64,000 nt of DNA. Origin: Ilumatobacteraceae bacterium (GTDB taxonomy: Bacteria > Actinomycetota > Acidimicrobiia > Acidimicrobiales > Ilumatobacteraceae). Position numbers and translations under genes: made by a program. Below are positions 1-8,995 of the stretch, piece after piece. Under the pieces are notes generated by a model, which worked only from the letters and a program-made list of their open reading frames with translations, had not been told where the DNA came from and did not search any database. Location of the stretch: positions 59,254 through 123,253 of the forward strand of contig JAGYKR010000005.1 in NCBI GenBank assembly GCA_018401375.1. The letters run 5' to 3'. Numbering within the stretch: the stretch's first letter is position 1; every line of letters begins with the position of its first letter.

Positions 1-425
1 AACAACAAATTTAAGGTGCTGCGGGCGCCACCTTCACTCTGCGCGATCTCCCACGCAGACTTCACCTGTCCGAGGATTTCGCTCTCACCGATCACCACGG
101 AATCAAGCCCCGCAGCCACCTCAAACAGATGTTCAACGGCAGCCTCGTCATGTTGAGCAAACACAAAAGCTGACAGATCCTCAGCGTTCAGTCCGCCGAT
201 ACCACCGAGGAAATCACGGATGTCGTCAAAAGCGCCGTGGAACTTCTCGGTGACCGCATAGATCTCGGTCCGATTACAGGTGCTGAGGACAGCGACCTCA
301 CGGATATTGTCCCGACTCACCAAAGTGTTCACCGCTTTGGGAAGACCATCGCCCGACAAGGTGACCCGTTCGAGCACCGAAAGGGGTCCGCTGCGGTGGT
401 TTACTCCGATCACCAAAATCGACAT
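1..425 (-). CDS. hemA: glutamyl-tRNA reductase, N-terminal part (gene runs off the left edge)
   Basis: Not in the ORF track because there is no stop in the window. My translation from the ATG at 425 gives MSILVIGVNHRSGPLSVLERVTLSGDGLPKAVNTLVSRDNIREVAVLSTCNRTEIYAVTEKF, a canonical HemA N-terminus. It lies directly downstream of rex, as in many actinobacteria. Confidence 0.85.
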   Translation of the reverse strand, partial: MSILVIGVNHRSGPLSVLERVTLSGDGLPKAVNTLVSRDNIREVAVLSTCNRTEIYAVTEKFHGAFDDIRDFLGGIGGLNAEDLSAFVFAQHDEAAVEHLFEVAAGLDSVVIGESEILGQVKSAWEIAQSEGGARSTLNLL

Positions 426-522
426 GCCGAGCCCACCCTAAGCGTTAGCACTCCGCCGCGCCCTCACGGGTAGCGACTGCAGCGAGGCGGCGGCGATATT
501 GGCACGCCGTTGCTCGTGATAG

Positions 523-1137
523 CTAAGGATCTGCAACTCCACAGCGAGATCCACTTTGCGGGCCGACACGCCAATCGGCAGGTTCAACATCACCGGAGCG
601 AAGTTCAAGATGCTCGTCACGCCGGCTGACCAAAAGGTCTGCTGCCACCTGTGCCGCTGCAGCCGGAGTAGCGACCACACCGATGCAGATCTCATAGGCC
701 GACACAATCTCTGAGAGATCATCCACGTGGCGCACCGTCACTCCCGCCACGGTGGAGCCCACCAAGGTCGCATCGATGTCAACGATCCCGCCGATCGGGA
801 AACCACGCTCACCAAATCCGCCATAACCGGCGAGAGCATGACCGAGATTCCCGGCGCCGACGATCACCACCGGCCAATTGTGATCGAGGCCGAGTTCCCG
901 GCGGATCTGAAAGACCAAATAATCCACCTCGTATCCGACGCCTCGGGTGCCGTAACTACCGAGATAGGAGAGATCCTTACGGACCTTGGCCGCATTGACA
1001 CCGGCGAGTTCGGCCATTTGTTCGGAGGAGATGCCGACAGTTCCGTGCTCTGCCTGTTCCGTGAGGATCTGCAGATAGATCGGCAGGCGAGACACCGTGG
1101 CCTCAGGGATACGTCGTCGAGAACGATGGGGGGACAT
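523..1137 (-). CDS. rex: redox-sensing transcriptional repressor Rex
   Basis: 204 aa. N-terminal winged helix (IPEATVSRLPIYLQIL) and Rossmann motif VVIVGAGNLGHALAGY, which are typical of Rex. Confidence 0.9.
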   Translation of the reverse strand: MSPHRSRRRIPEATVSRLPIYLQILTEQAEHGTVGISSEQMAELAGVNAAKVRKDLSYLGSYGTRGVGYEVDYLVFQIRRELGLDHNWPVVIVGAGNLGHALAGYGGFGERGFPIGGIVDIDATLVGSTVAGVTVRHVDDLSEIVSAYEICIGVVATPAAAAQVAADLLVSRRDEHLELRSGDVEPADWRVGPQSGSRCGVADP

Positions 1138-1158
1138 CAGACCTTCACGATATGCCGT

Positions 1159-1176
1159 TTGTGCATTAATTCACAT
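1159..1176. promoter_or_regulatory. candidate Rex operator (ROP-like inverted repeat)
   Basis: TTGTGCATTAATTCACAT compared with the known Rex operator consensus TTGTGAA-N4-TTCACAA. It matches 12 of 14 specified positions and lies 22 nt upstream of the rex start codon. Confidence 0.6.
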
Positions 1177-1396
1177 AGTCCACACCCCCGAGTTGCCCCC
1201 GATGCGACCAAGGTCACCTATCAGGCAACACTCGAATCACCACCCGTTCACAGGTGAATAGCGCACGAACCGCAGGTGTCTACAGGCGCAACAGGGACAA
1301 CACCCCGGCAACCAGGATCGCCGCTAGGAGCAGACCGAGCGAGAGGGTGGTGGCAGGGCGCATGTCTTCAGGCTAACGAGGATCTGCCGGGCCAGA

Positions 1397-2302
1397 TCAG
1401 TTCTTGCTGGATCGCATGCTCACCGGCGTCGTGACCTGTGTGCTGCTGCGAGCCCCTGCGTCATCGGCGGGCAGAAGCACCACCTGATCCCCCGCTTCGA
1501 TCCCGAGTTCTTCACTCGCCGACCTCCGCTGCCCGCACACCGCCATCATCCCGTAGGAGTCCAGAACAAGCCCTAGGCCGCCGGTCCCGATCTGTTCAAA
1601 GTTCGTGGTGCGAGTGACGAATCGCTCAATGACCCCTCCTGGATCTGACTCACGCCCTACCTGGAGCATCGCCGAGGTCACGAAACCTTCAAGGTCCTCT
1701 GGTCCGAGATTGAGTTGGCAGTTTCCGTAGCGATCCACCCACAGCACCTCGGCAAAGATCCGGTCTCCCTCGGTTCGTGGCAACGGCACCGTGGCCGGCA
1801 TCAGCGCTGCGGTATCCACCTCGGGACCAAAGGCTCGAAGGTCCACCCCGTTACACAGATACGCGGCCACTGGAGCGAGGATGTCGCGACCAGCAAACGT
1901 CGCCCCGGGAGCCTCAAGGTGGTACTCCGGATTGGTCAGTTCCACTGCGAACTCGGCCCCGCCGGCCATGGCCACCGCAGGCGCCAAAAGCCCGTTATCC
2001 GGGCCGATCAAAATCCCTTCCCCGTTTGCTACCTGTACTGCGATGGCTCGCCGAGCAGTTCCGACACCGGGATCCACCACCGCCAAAACGATTCCTCGCG
2101 GCACATAGGCGATACTGCGGGCGAGGGCCAAGGATCCAGCCTTAATGTCATAGGGCGGGATCTGATGGGTCAGGTCCACCACCTTGACATGCGGTGCAAT
2201 CTCTCGGACCACTGCGTGGACCACCCCGACGAACTCGTCTATCGAGCCGTAATCAGAGAGGAAGGTGATGGTGTCAAAGGCCGGGGTATTCATAGCGGTC
2301 AT
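1397..2302 (-). CDS. SAM hydrolase / SAM-dependent halogenase family protein (DUF62, S-adenosyl-L-methionine hydroxide adenosyltransferase-like)
   Basis: 301 aa. The N-terminus ITFLSDYGSIDEFVGVVHAVV and VVDPGVGTARR resemble the DUF62 family. Confidence 0.7.
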   Translation of the reverse strand: MTAMNTPAFDTITFLSDYGSIDEFVGVVHAVVREIAPHVKVVDLTHQIPPYDIKAGSLALARSIAYVPRGIVLAVVDPGVGTARRAIAVQVANGEGILIGPDNGLLAPAVAMAGGAEFAVELTNPEYHLEAPGATFAGRDILAPVAAYLCNGVDLRAFGPEVDTAALMPATVPLPRTEGDRIFAEVLWVDRYGNCQLNLGPEDLEGFVTSAMLQVGRESDPGGVIERFVTRTTNFEQIGTGGLGLVLDSYGMMAVCGQRRSASEELGIEAGDQVVLLPADDAGARSSTQVTTPVSMRSSKN

Positions 2303-2573
2303 CGTCCACCCATCCTGCCAAAAGTTCTCACCACAACGAGGCTAACGGCGAGGCTGAGGCTGCGATCCGCCACCTCTGATCCCGAGATCCGATGGGGCTT
2401 CACGCGACGAAGGCCGGCACCAACCCCCCGATGGCACCAGCCCCGTCGGCGCCCCGAACCTCTCGGTGCGACTCAACACTTCACACTCTAGGCGATCTCA
2501 GGTGATGAGAAAAGTGTCACACCCAATTTGTTCAGCCGGACACTCTGCTGCCGGGACTCTCTGCCGGGAAGAT

Positions 2574-3416
2574 TTACCCAAGTTCCCTGCTGCGTTGGGC
2601 TGCGGCCTCAACTGCAGCCTCAATCGCTGCATGAAAGCCGTGGGCTTCTAAGGCCGCGATTCCCGCTGCGGTTGTGCCGCCCGGCGAGGTGACCATGGCC
2701 CGCAAACCCACCGGATCTCCCCGCTGAGCAAGGAGTTCGGCTGATCCTGATAACAACTGGCGGACCATCCGATCAGCCATCTCTGCTTCGATCCCTGCTG
2801 CGCAGGCCGCAGCGGTCAATGCCTCAGCGAACAAAAAGACGTAGGCCGGCCCCGAACCGGTGACGGCGGTGACAGCATCAAAAAGATCCTCGGAGATCCG
2901 AACACAGGACCCGACCCCCATCAGGATGTGTTCGGCCCAACCGAGATCGGCCTCCGTCGCGTGACGTCCACCGGTGATCGCCGCCACCCCTTGGCCAACG
3001 AGTGCTGGCGTGTTGGGCATCGCCCTGATCACCGCAACAGAAACGTCGTGATCACCGAAGTCAGCACCTGCGGCAACATCAATGGCAGCATCAATGGTCG
3101 TCGTGGAGATTCCCGCTGCGATCGACAACAGGCGCCGAGCGCCGGCTCGGGCAGCAGCAACTGCCACTGCGGCGATCTGCGGTGGCTTCACCGCCAGCAC
3201 GGCCCCGTGACAGGCCGGCACCTTGTCGGTCACCACAACCCCGGGAAACTCAGCACGCAACCAGTCGCGACGCTCCGGCGACAGCTCCACCACACCCAAG
3301 GTCTCAGCGGCCGTGCCCGCTGCGAGAAGTCCTCCGATCAGCGCAGCACCCATGTTGCCGCCGCCGATGAACACGAGTTCCCGAGGCGAATCGATGGATT
3401 CAAACTGTTCGGCCAT
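2574..3416 (-). CDS. proC: pyrroline-5-carboxylate reductase
   Basis: 280 aa. Contains FIGGGNMGAALIGGL (NADP-binding), AVKPP, MPNTPALVGQG and the C-terminal SPGGTT motif. Confidence 0.9.
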   Translation of the reverse strand: MAEQFESIDSPRELVFIGGGNMGAALIGGLLAAGTAAETLGVVELSPERRDWLRAEFPGVVVTDKVPACHGAVLAVKPPQIAAVAVAAARAGARRLLSIAAGISTTTIDAAIDVAAGADFGDHDVSVAVIRAMPNTPALVGQGVAAITGGRHATEADLGWAEHILMGVGSCVRISEDLFDAVTAVTGSGPAYVFLFAEALTAAACAAGIEAEMADRMVRQLLSGSAELLAQRGDPVGLRAMVTSPGGTTAAGIAALEAHGFHAAIEAAVEAAAQRSRELG

Positions 3417-3536
3417 GGGGGCTCATGCTAGGAGAACGAAGTGGTCCGGGCGGGATCTGGGTTACGACCTCCCCGATGGGCCCGCCCGGACGCACTCATC
3501 TGTGCGACCAAGACACGGGCCCGGAAGACGCGCGGA

Positions 3537-4013
3537 TCAACCCGTGAAGCGACTGGCGAACCCGATCGAAAGTAACGCCCGAAAACATTGCTCCACTGTG
3601 GCGTACAACGTGCCGAGCAGGCGGTCGAGTTCGGATTCGGAAACCTGGGCTACCGGCATCTCCCCGCGGAGGAAGATCGCATCTTCCATCCCGATCGAGA
3701 AGTGGGCTCCCACCAAACGGTCGTTGCGTCGCAAAAGGTTCTCGTAGAGGGCCTCGGCGTTCTCTTCCGGCGCCGGCATCACATAGGTCTCGTAACGCAA
3801 GGTTCGTTGGCCGAGGGTCAACCAGATCGTGGTGAACTCCTTGTCCTGACCGCGCATGCGCACGTACCAGCGAGGATCGCCAGACGGCGTGTCGTCACTG
3901 GTCCCACGATCGATAGCTGCGATTTCGGGGGTCTCGACGGCGATCTGGTCCAACCATAGAGTCACCTGTTCGGCCAATCCGGCCTGTTCCACGGAGGTGT
4001 AATAGTCGCTCAT
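3537..4013 (-). CDS. YbjN-domain protein (putative sensory transduction regulator family)
   Basis: 158 aa. Overlaps the mshA stop by 4 nt. A YbjN-like gene follows mshA in mycobacteria (Rv0486-Rv0487 synteny, from memory). Confidence 0.55.
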   Translation of the reverse strand: MSDYYTSVEQAGLAEQVTLWLDQIAVETPEIAAIDRGTSDDTPSGDPRWYVRMRGQDKEFTTIWLTLGQRTLRYETYVMPAPEENAEALYENLLRRNDRLVGAHFSIGMEDAIFLRGEMPVAQVSESELDRLLGTLYATVEQCFRALLSIGFASRFTG

Positions 4014-5263
4014 CCACAGACCACCAAACGGTGTTCGCGGTCCTCGGTATCGGTCAGATCCAAATACAACCGGCGCAGGCGCGCCGCTGCGAAACCCCAG
4101 GTGTAACGGCTCGCCCGATCAGCGGCCATGCCTGACATGGCTGCAGCCCGCAGCGGATCAGAAAGAATCTCCACGATCGCCGCAGCGAAATGCTCCGGTC
4201 GGCGATCGGGTACGAGCACCCCGGTGACATCGTGATCCACCAAAGACAACAGGCCGCCCACCGCACTGGCAACCACCGGGATTCCGCAGGCCGCAGCCTC
4301 CAGAGCTACGAGACCGAAACTCTCGCTACGGCTCGGGACCACCACCACGTCAGCGGCTCGGTAGTAGGTGGACAAAATATGATGTGGTTGAGGCGGCACG
4401 AACACCACCTGAGATCCGAGCCCAAGATCGTCTACCAGGCCTTCCACCAAAGCGACCTCAGCATCGCCTTCGGCCCCGCTCGAACCCCCGATGATGTACA
4501 GCACGGCATCGCGACCACTATCGGTCTGGGTCACTAAGTGCAAGGCACGCACCGCCACATCAGGACCCTTGAGCGGCTGGATCCGACCAACGAACACCAG
4601 CATCGGAACCTGAGGATCAATCCCGAGGGCGTCGCGGGCACCGCCGCGATCTCCGGGGGCGAACAACGCGTGCTCCACCCCAGGGGCGATGATCTCCACC
4701 CGGCCGGCCGGATCTCCATAATGATTCCGAAAGAGTTGCTCTTCTTCCTCACAACTCACGCAGATCGCGTCGGAGCACGCAACGATCTGGGCCTCGGCCA
4801 CATCACGGCTGATGGGTTCGGGGTCACCCATCTCGGCTTTGACCCGAGCCATCGTGTGGAAAGTCATGACGAACGGGATGTCGAGGGCGTGTTTAATCCG
4901 ATGACCCACCATCCCGCTCAGCCAGTAGTTGGCATGCACCAGATCAGCGCCACCGATGGACTCCAGATGGGCCAATACGCCCTCGGTGAACTCTTCGATC
5001 ACGTCTCCGAGCGCCTCTTTGGGTAGGTGGTGCGGGCCGGCCTCGATGTGGACCACGCGATGCCCCGGCTCCACCACAACCTCCGGGGCGAGACCCTCGC
5101 GATCGGCGCGGGTGTAGGTCACACAATCGATTCCAGCCTGCGATAACGAGGACACCAACTCGCGGACATAGACGTTCATCCCTCCACTGTCCCCCGACCC
5201 CGGCTGAGTCAGCGGTGAGGTATGGAGCGAGATGATGGCGACGCGCTGCACGGGGTCATTCAA
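4010..5263 (-). CDS. mshA: D-inositol-3-phosphate glycosyltransferase (mycothiol biosynthesis)
   Basis: 417 aa GT4 protein. The N-terminus RVAIISLHTSPLTQPGSGDSGGMNVYVRELV is the MshA signature. Confidence 0.85.
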   Translation of the reverse strand: MNDPVQRVAIISLHTSPLTQPGSGDSGGMNVYVRELVSSLSQAGIDCVTYTRADREGLAPEVVVEPGHRVVHIEAGPHHLPKEALGDVIEEFTEGVLAHLESIGGADLVHANYWLSGMVGHRIKHALDIPFVMTFHTMARVKAEMGDPEPISRDVAEAQIVACSDAICVSCEEEEQLFRNHYGDPAGRVEIIAPGVEHALFAPGDRGGARDALGIDPQVPMLVFVGRIQPLKGPDVAVRALHLVTQTDSGRDAVLYIIGGSSGAEGDAEVALVEGLVDDLGLGSQVVFVPPQPHHILSTYYRAADVVVVPSRSESFGLVALEAAACGIPVVASAVGGLLSLVDHDVTGVLVPDRRPEHFAAAIVEILSDPLRAAAMSGMAADRASRYTWGFAAARLRRLYLDLTDTEDREHRLVVCG

Positions 5264-5940
5264 TCGTCCGAAACCCGACCCGTCGAATCGGGCCTTTGGG
5301 AATCGGCACCTTCAGATCCCCATTCGCCGGGTTCCAGTTCATCTATTTCATCTAGTTCCGGCTCATGGAGTTCCGGCTCATCCCTATCGAGGAGGCTGTC
5401 CACACTGGCCTCGCCGTCGCGGTACCGGCGCACTAGTTCGGCGCTGAGCGCATCGAGAACTTCGTACCGGGACTGGCGGTTCCGTGAGACACCTCGCTCA
5501 AACTCCGTGATCGCAGCGAGAAGAGCCTGTAACTCATCTGTGGTGAGGTTCTCCGCCCGGCTATAGCCATGTTCGGCACAGACACGTTCGAGTTCGTCGA
5601 GCAATGGGTGGCTGTCCACCGGTTCCACCGGCCGCGGCGGCCGGGCCGGACCACCGGTCAGATGGGTGGACAGGATCGCACCCAGATCCCCTGTGATATC
5701 GCCACTGATCTCGCCACTACCCTCGGCGACCACGCTGCGATCGGGATGGATCTCGAGGAAACGAGCCGCCAAAACGTCGCACCGGGCCTGTGCAATCCGG
5801 CGGACGTAGGAAACCACATCATCCTCGGCTTGAAGTCTGCTGCGCAGGCTGCGAAGTTCGCCGAGTTCGAGACCCGGCACGTTGAGATTCGACACATTCA
5901 CATCCAGCAGATGTGGATTCACGTCCTCAAATCCGCCCAT
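5260..5940 (-). CDS. RsiG-like protein (candidate c-di-GMP-binding anti-sigma factor), acidic C-terminal tail
   Basis: 226 aa. Residues 40-55, DDVVSYVRRIAQARCD, fit [DE]x3Sx2Rx3Qx3D. Residues 148-163, ERGVSRNRQSRYEVLD, fit Ex3Sx2Rx3(Y)x3D. The stop codon overlaps the mshA ATG (ATGA). Confidence 0.45.
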   Translation of the reverse strand: MGGFEDVNPHLLDVNVSNLNVPGLELGELRSLRSRLQAEDDVVSYVRRIAQARCDVLAARFLEIHPDRSVVAEGSGEISGDITGDLGAILSTHLTGGPARPPRPVEPVDSHPLLDELERVCAEHGYSRAENLTTDELQALLAAITEFERGVSRNRQSRYEVLDALSAELVRRYRDGEASVDSLLDRDEPELHEPELDEIDELEPGEWGSEGADSQRPDSTGRVSDD

Positions 5941-5982
5941 GGCCCTTGCTCCTCATCTGCCTGTCTCCTCCAACACCCATGA

Positions 5983-6219
5983 TCAACCGCCTGACACCGG
6001 GGGGAGTACCGCAACTTCATCGGTGGCTTTCACCAGTGTCTCCGGGCCGGCAGCCTCACCATTAACCCAGATCCGACAGGTCGCAAGAACGGCCGAAAAC
6101 CCTGCTCCGTATCGGCTCTCCGCCTCGGCCAGCACCTGGCCTACCGAGTCCCCCACCATCTCGTCGCGCCCTGTGCCCGCAGCTTCGCGGGCCGCCGCAA
6201 AAAGACGCAGTATGGCCAT
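5983..6219 (-). CDS. MoaD/ThiS-family sulfur-carrier protein
   Basis: 78 aa ending in ...VAVLPPVSGG, the C-terminal Gly-Gly of ubiquitin-fold sulfur carriers. Confidence 0.7.
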   Translation of the reverse strand: MAILRLFAAAREAAGTGRDEMVGDSVGQVLAEAESRYGAGFSAVLATCRIWVNGEAAGPETLVKATDEVAVLPPVSGG

Positions 6220-6242
6220 GTGCCCAGTGTAATGGCGTTACC

Positions 6243-6869
6243 TTGTTCCTTATGGCCGCCAGATCAGCTCCTCTTTTGCTGATCCGCCATGGCCAGACCG
6301 AATGGAACCTGATGAAGAGATGGCAGGGTCGGGCCGAGTCCCAGCTCACCGACCTCGGTCGGGCGGAAGCAGCGCGCGCTGGCGTGCACCTCGCCGCGAT
6401 GGGTCCCTTCGATGAGATCTGGGCCAGCCCTTTGATCCGAGCTCGCGACACCGCTGAAATCTTGTCCACAACCATTGGGACTACACCAATCCACATCGAC
6501 CTCCGCCTGATCGAAACCGATGTCGGGGCTTGGGAGGGTTTGACCTTGGCGGAACTGGAACGGGGATGGCCCGGGTATCTGGCCCAACGCCGCCAACCGG
6601 AGGGTTTCGAATCCGACGCTGAAGTGATCGGCCGGATCACGTCGTTTAGCGAGGAACGAATCGCTTCTGGTCGACGCTGCTTAGCGGTATGCCACTCCGG
6701 CGTGATGCGCACGCTGCGGCGCCATCTCGGGGTCACCGATCATCGGATCAGCAATCTGGGCGGCTACTGGTTAGACCGCGGCGAGTTGCATCCTTTGCAG
6801 GCCAGCGAACTGTTCTCCTTCGTAACCGCCGCAGCACTCAACGAGTCCTCTCATACCGATAGTCTTTGA
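6243..6869 (+). CDS. histidine phosphatase family protein (phosphoglycerate mutase-like)
   Basis: LLLIRHGQTEWN catalytic RHG motif, with CHSGVMR later. The start may be the Met at 6252. Confidence 0.8.
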   Translation: MFLMAARSAPLLLIRHGQTEWNLMKRWQGRAESQLTDLGRAEAARAGVHLAAMGPFDEIWASPLIRARDTAEILSTTIGTTPIHIDLRLIETDVGAWEGLTLAELERGWPGYLAQRRQPEGFESDAEVIGRITSFSEERIASGRRCLAVCHSGVMRTLRRHLGVTDHRISNLGGYWLDRGELHPLQASELFSFVTAAALNESSHTDSL

Positions 6870-7708
6870 TCTCCGTGGGATCAGACAAAAGAGAACGCCA
6901 AAAAGCTAACCGGGAGTTGCGTCGAGTCTCTGAGGAGCGACGCCAAAAGGCTCAGGCCACCAAAACGCGCGCCCTGCGGGTCGGGGCAGCAGTGGTCGCC
7001 GCTCTTGCTGGCGTGGTGCTCATCGCATTCATCGGTGGGGCCTTTGACTCCGAGACTGCTAGTGCTCCAACGACGACAGCACCCGGCACAAATGAACCCG
7101 GCACAAATGACGCGACAGAGACCACTGCAGTCGATCGCCCAGAGACCGCACCGACGCCGTGCCCGCCTGCCGATGGCAGCACGAGCGTGCGCCGGGAATT
7201 CACTTCTGCTCCGCCGATGTGCATCGATCCGGACGTCACTTACACCGCAGAAATCACCACCAACTTCGGTGACCTGACCATCGCTCTCGATGCGGTCAAG
7301 GCTCCCCAAACCGTCAACAACTTCGTGGTGCTTGCCCGATACGGCTACTTCGACGACACGGTCTGCCACCGGATCATCCCGGACTTCGTGGTTCAATGCG
7401 GTGACCCGACCGCCACCGGTTCCGGTGGTCCTGGCTACCGATTCGCTGATGAACTCCCCGCCGCTGGTGATTATCAGATCGGATCTTTGGCCATGGCGAA
7501 CTCCGGCCCGGACACCAACGGAAGCCAGTTCTTCATCATCTCCGGACCCAATGGGGCCGCTTTGCCGCCCGCCTACTCGCTGTTTGGCGAGGTGACCGAC
7601 GGCCTTGAGACCACAGTTGCCGACATGGATGCCGTAGGCAACCCCGACGGTGGTGTGCCACCTCTCGAAGAGGTCCGCATCGCTCGGGTCCGGATCATCG
7701 AGTCCTGA
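6866..7708 (+). CDS. membrane-anchored cyclophilin-type peptidyl-prolyl cis-trans isomerase
   Basis: A basic N-terminus, one TM helix (AAVVAALAGVVLIAFIGG) and a Thr/Pro-rich linker. The cyclophilin core contains FHRIIPDFVVQCGDP, MANSGPDTNGSQFFI and FGEV. Confidence 0.9.
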   Translation: MISVGSDKRERQKANRELRRVSEERRQKAQATKTRALRVGAAVVAALAGVVLIAFIGGAFDSETASAPTTTAPGTNEPGTNDATETTAVDRPETAPTPCPPADGSTSVRREFTSAPPMCIDPDVTYTAEITTNFGDLTIALDAVKAPQTVNNFVVLARYGYFDDTVCHRIIPDFVVQCGDPTATGSGGPGYRFADELPAAGDYQIGSLAMANSGPDTNGSQFFIISGPNGAALPPAYSLFGEVTDGLETTVADMDAVGNPDGGVPPLEEVRIARVRIIES

Positions 7709-7726
7709 CCGACTCAGAAAAGTGGG

Positions 7727-8368
7727 TTAGCCCGGCAGATCCCCGTGGGCCACAGCCTCACCGGACAATTCCCATCCGGTGGGCCGACGCACCGCTGAGG
7801 AACCCGTCGGGAGTTCCACCACGGTCACATCGGCGAGTTCGCGGGTCCGATGCAGACGCTCTTGAGTCCAGGTCTCGGTCTCGGTGGCTACTGCCATCCC
7901 GGTGATCAATCCGAGGCCGATCGCGAACGCTCCGCCGCGCGGGTCGGTCATCGGGTCACACAGTGCTGCAGCGCTGCCGCCTACCCCGACCACGAGACCT
8001 CCACTCGCCACAACCGAACAAATCGCCTCCCACACCGGGGTGTCGGTGAGCACGCTGCGCAAATGAATCGGAGAATCCCCTACCAGATAGATCGCCCGGG
8101 CCGCAGATATAACTTCGGCGTGGCGTTCCTCAAGGGCATCGGAGCGAGTCATCACCATCAGTGGATGGCTCACTACCCCGAGCCGTTCCGCCCAATGTTG
8201 GGCGGCCTGCACGAGATCCCCGGGGGTTTCGAAAGCGTCAGCGGTAGGTAGGACCACCACCTGATCTGCTCCGACTTCACTCAACAACAACCGGTCCAGA
8301 TCATCGTTGGCGCTAAACGGGCCTCCCCCTTGGAGGGCGATGATTCCTGAAGTCTGCACTGTGGCCAT
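7727..8368 (-). CDS. peptidase S51 / cyanophycinase-like (class I glutamine amidotransferase-like fold) protein
   Basis: The ORF is trimmed to MATVQTSGIIALQGGGPF at 8368 to avoid overlap with mnhG. The family call is by weak resemblance only. Confidence 0.35.
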   Translation of the reverse strand: MATVQTSGIIALQGGGPFSANDDLDRLLLSEVGADQVVVLPTADAFETPGDLVQAAQHWAERLGVVSHPLMVMTRSDALEERHAEVISAARAIYLVGDSPIHLRSVLTDTPVWEAICSVVASGGLVVGVGGSAAALCDPMTDPRGGAFAIGLGLITGMAVATETETWTQERLHRTRELADVTVVELPTGSSAVRRPTGWELSGEAVAHGDLPG

Positions 8369-8378
8369 GGCCCTGATG

Positions 8379-8744
8379 CTAGGACTCGGAGCCCTCCGTG
8401 GTGGGTTCAGAGCTTTCCGCCGCCGCTGCCAGATCGTCGGCGAGTTCGTCCACCTCATCTGCTTGGAGGGGCAAGCTGATGTGAATAGAGCGACCGAGGA
8501 GATGGGCGCCGAGAGGAGCAGCGAGAAACTGCAACACCACCACTAATGCGAGCGCCAGCACCGGTCCTAGCTCGCGCAGTTCGAGAGCCGCGCCGAGCGA
8601 GACCAACAGCAATCCAAGGGTGGGTCCCTTCGCAGCCGGATGCATACGGGCGTACACGTCGCCAAAGCGCAAAGTGCCGATCCCGGCCAGCATCGTGAAC
8701 ACGGCACCGAGGACAATCAGCACGCCTGCAATAAAGGTCAGCAT
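8379..8744 (-). CDS. mnhG: Na+/H+ antiporter subunit G
   Basis: 121 aa. LAGIGTLRFGDVYARMHPAAKGPTLG is the MnhG/PhaG signature. It is the last gene of the mrp operon. Confidence 0.85.
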   Translation of the reverse strand: MLTFIAGVLIVLGAVFTMLAGIGTLRFGDVYARMHPAAKGPTLGLLLVSLGAALELRELGPVLALALVVVLQFLAAPLGAHLLGRSIHISLPLQADEVDELADDLAAAAESSEPTTEGSES

Positions 8745-8995
8745 CAGCTTCCCCTGCGTTCCATGAAGCGGGCTAACACACCGGTGCCGACAAAACCGAC
8801 GAGAGCCACTACTAACACGATGTCGATCTCAAATGCGCTATCGGTACGTGCTGCGGCCACGATCACACCGATGGTCACCGTGGAAGCCAAGCCGTCTAAG
8901 GCCACGATCCGATCGGGCAGGCTCGGGCCCTTTAAGAGGCGCAGCACAAATGCCAAGGCTCCGATCGACAACATTGCCAATGCAATCGTCGTCAT
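8744..8995 (-). CDS. mnhF: Na+/H+ antiporter subunit F
   Basis: 83 aa with 3 TM helices (LRLLKGPSLPDRIVALD), positioned between E and G. Confidence 0.8.
   Translation of the reverse strand: MTTIALAMLSIGALAFVLRLLKGPSLPDRIVALDGLASTVTIGVIVAAARTDSAFEIDIVLVVALVGFVGTGVLARFMERRGS

Noticed and set aside
1280-1363. A 27-codon minus-strand ORF encoding a hydrophobic peptide, MRPATTLSLGLLLAAILVAGVLSLLRL, between rex and the DUF62 gene.
   Set aside because: It is too short to evaluate, has no convincing ribosome-binding site, and has no family I recognise. It may be real, but it is unsupported.
2303-2573. The 271-bp gap downstream of proC, examined for the small actinobacterial genes often found there (an excisionase-like HTH protein and the 33-aa basic ribosomal protein bS22) and for RNA motifs.
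   Set aside because: Translation of both strands gave no Lys/Arg-rich bS22-like or HTH ORF. Only a CTGCCGGGA direct repeat and a weak 34-codon ORF were found. I treat the gap as a terminator/promoter spacer.
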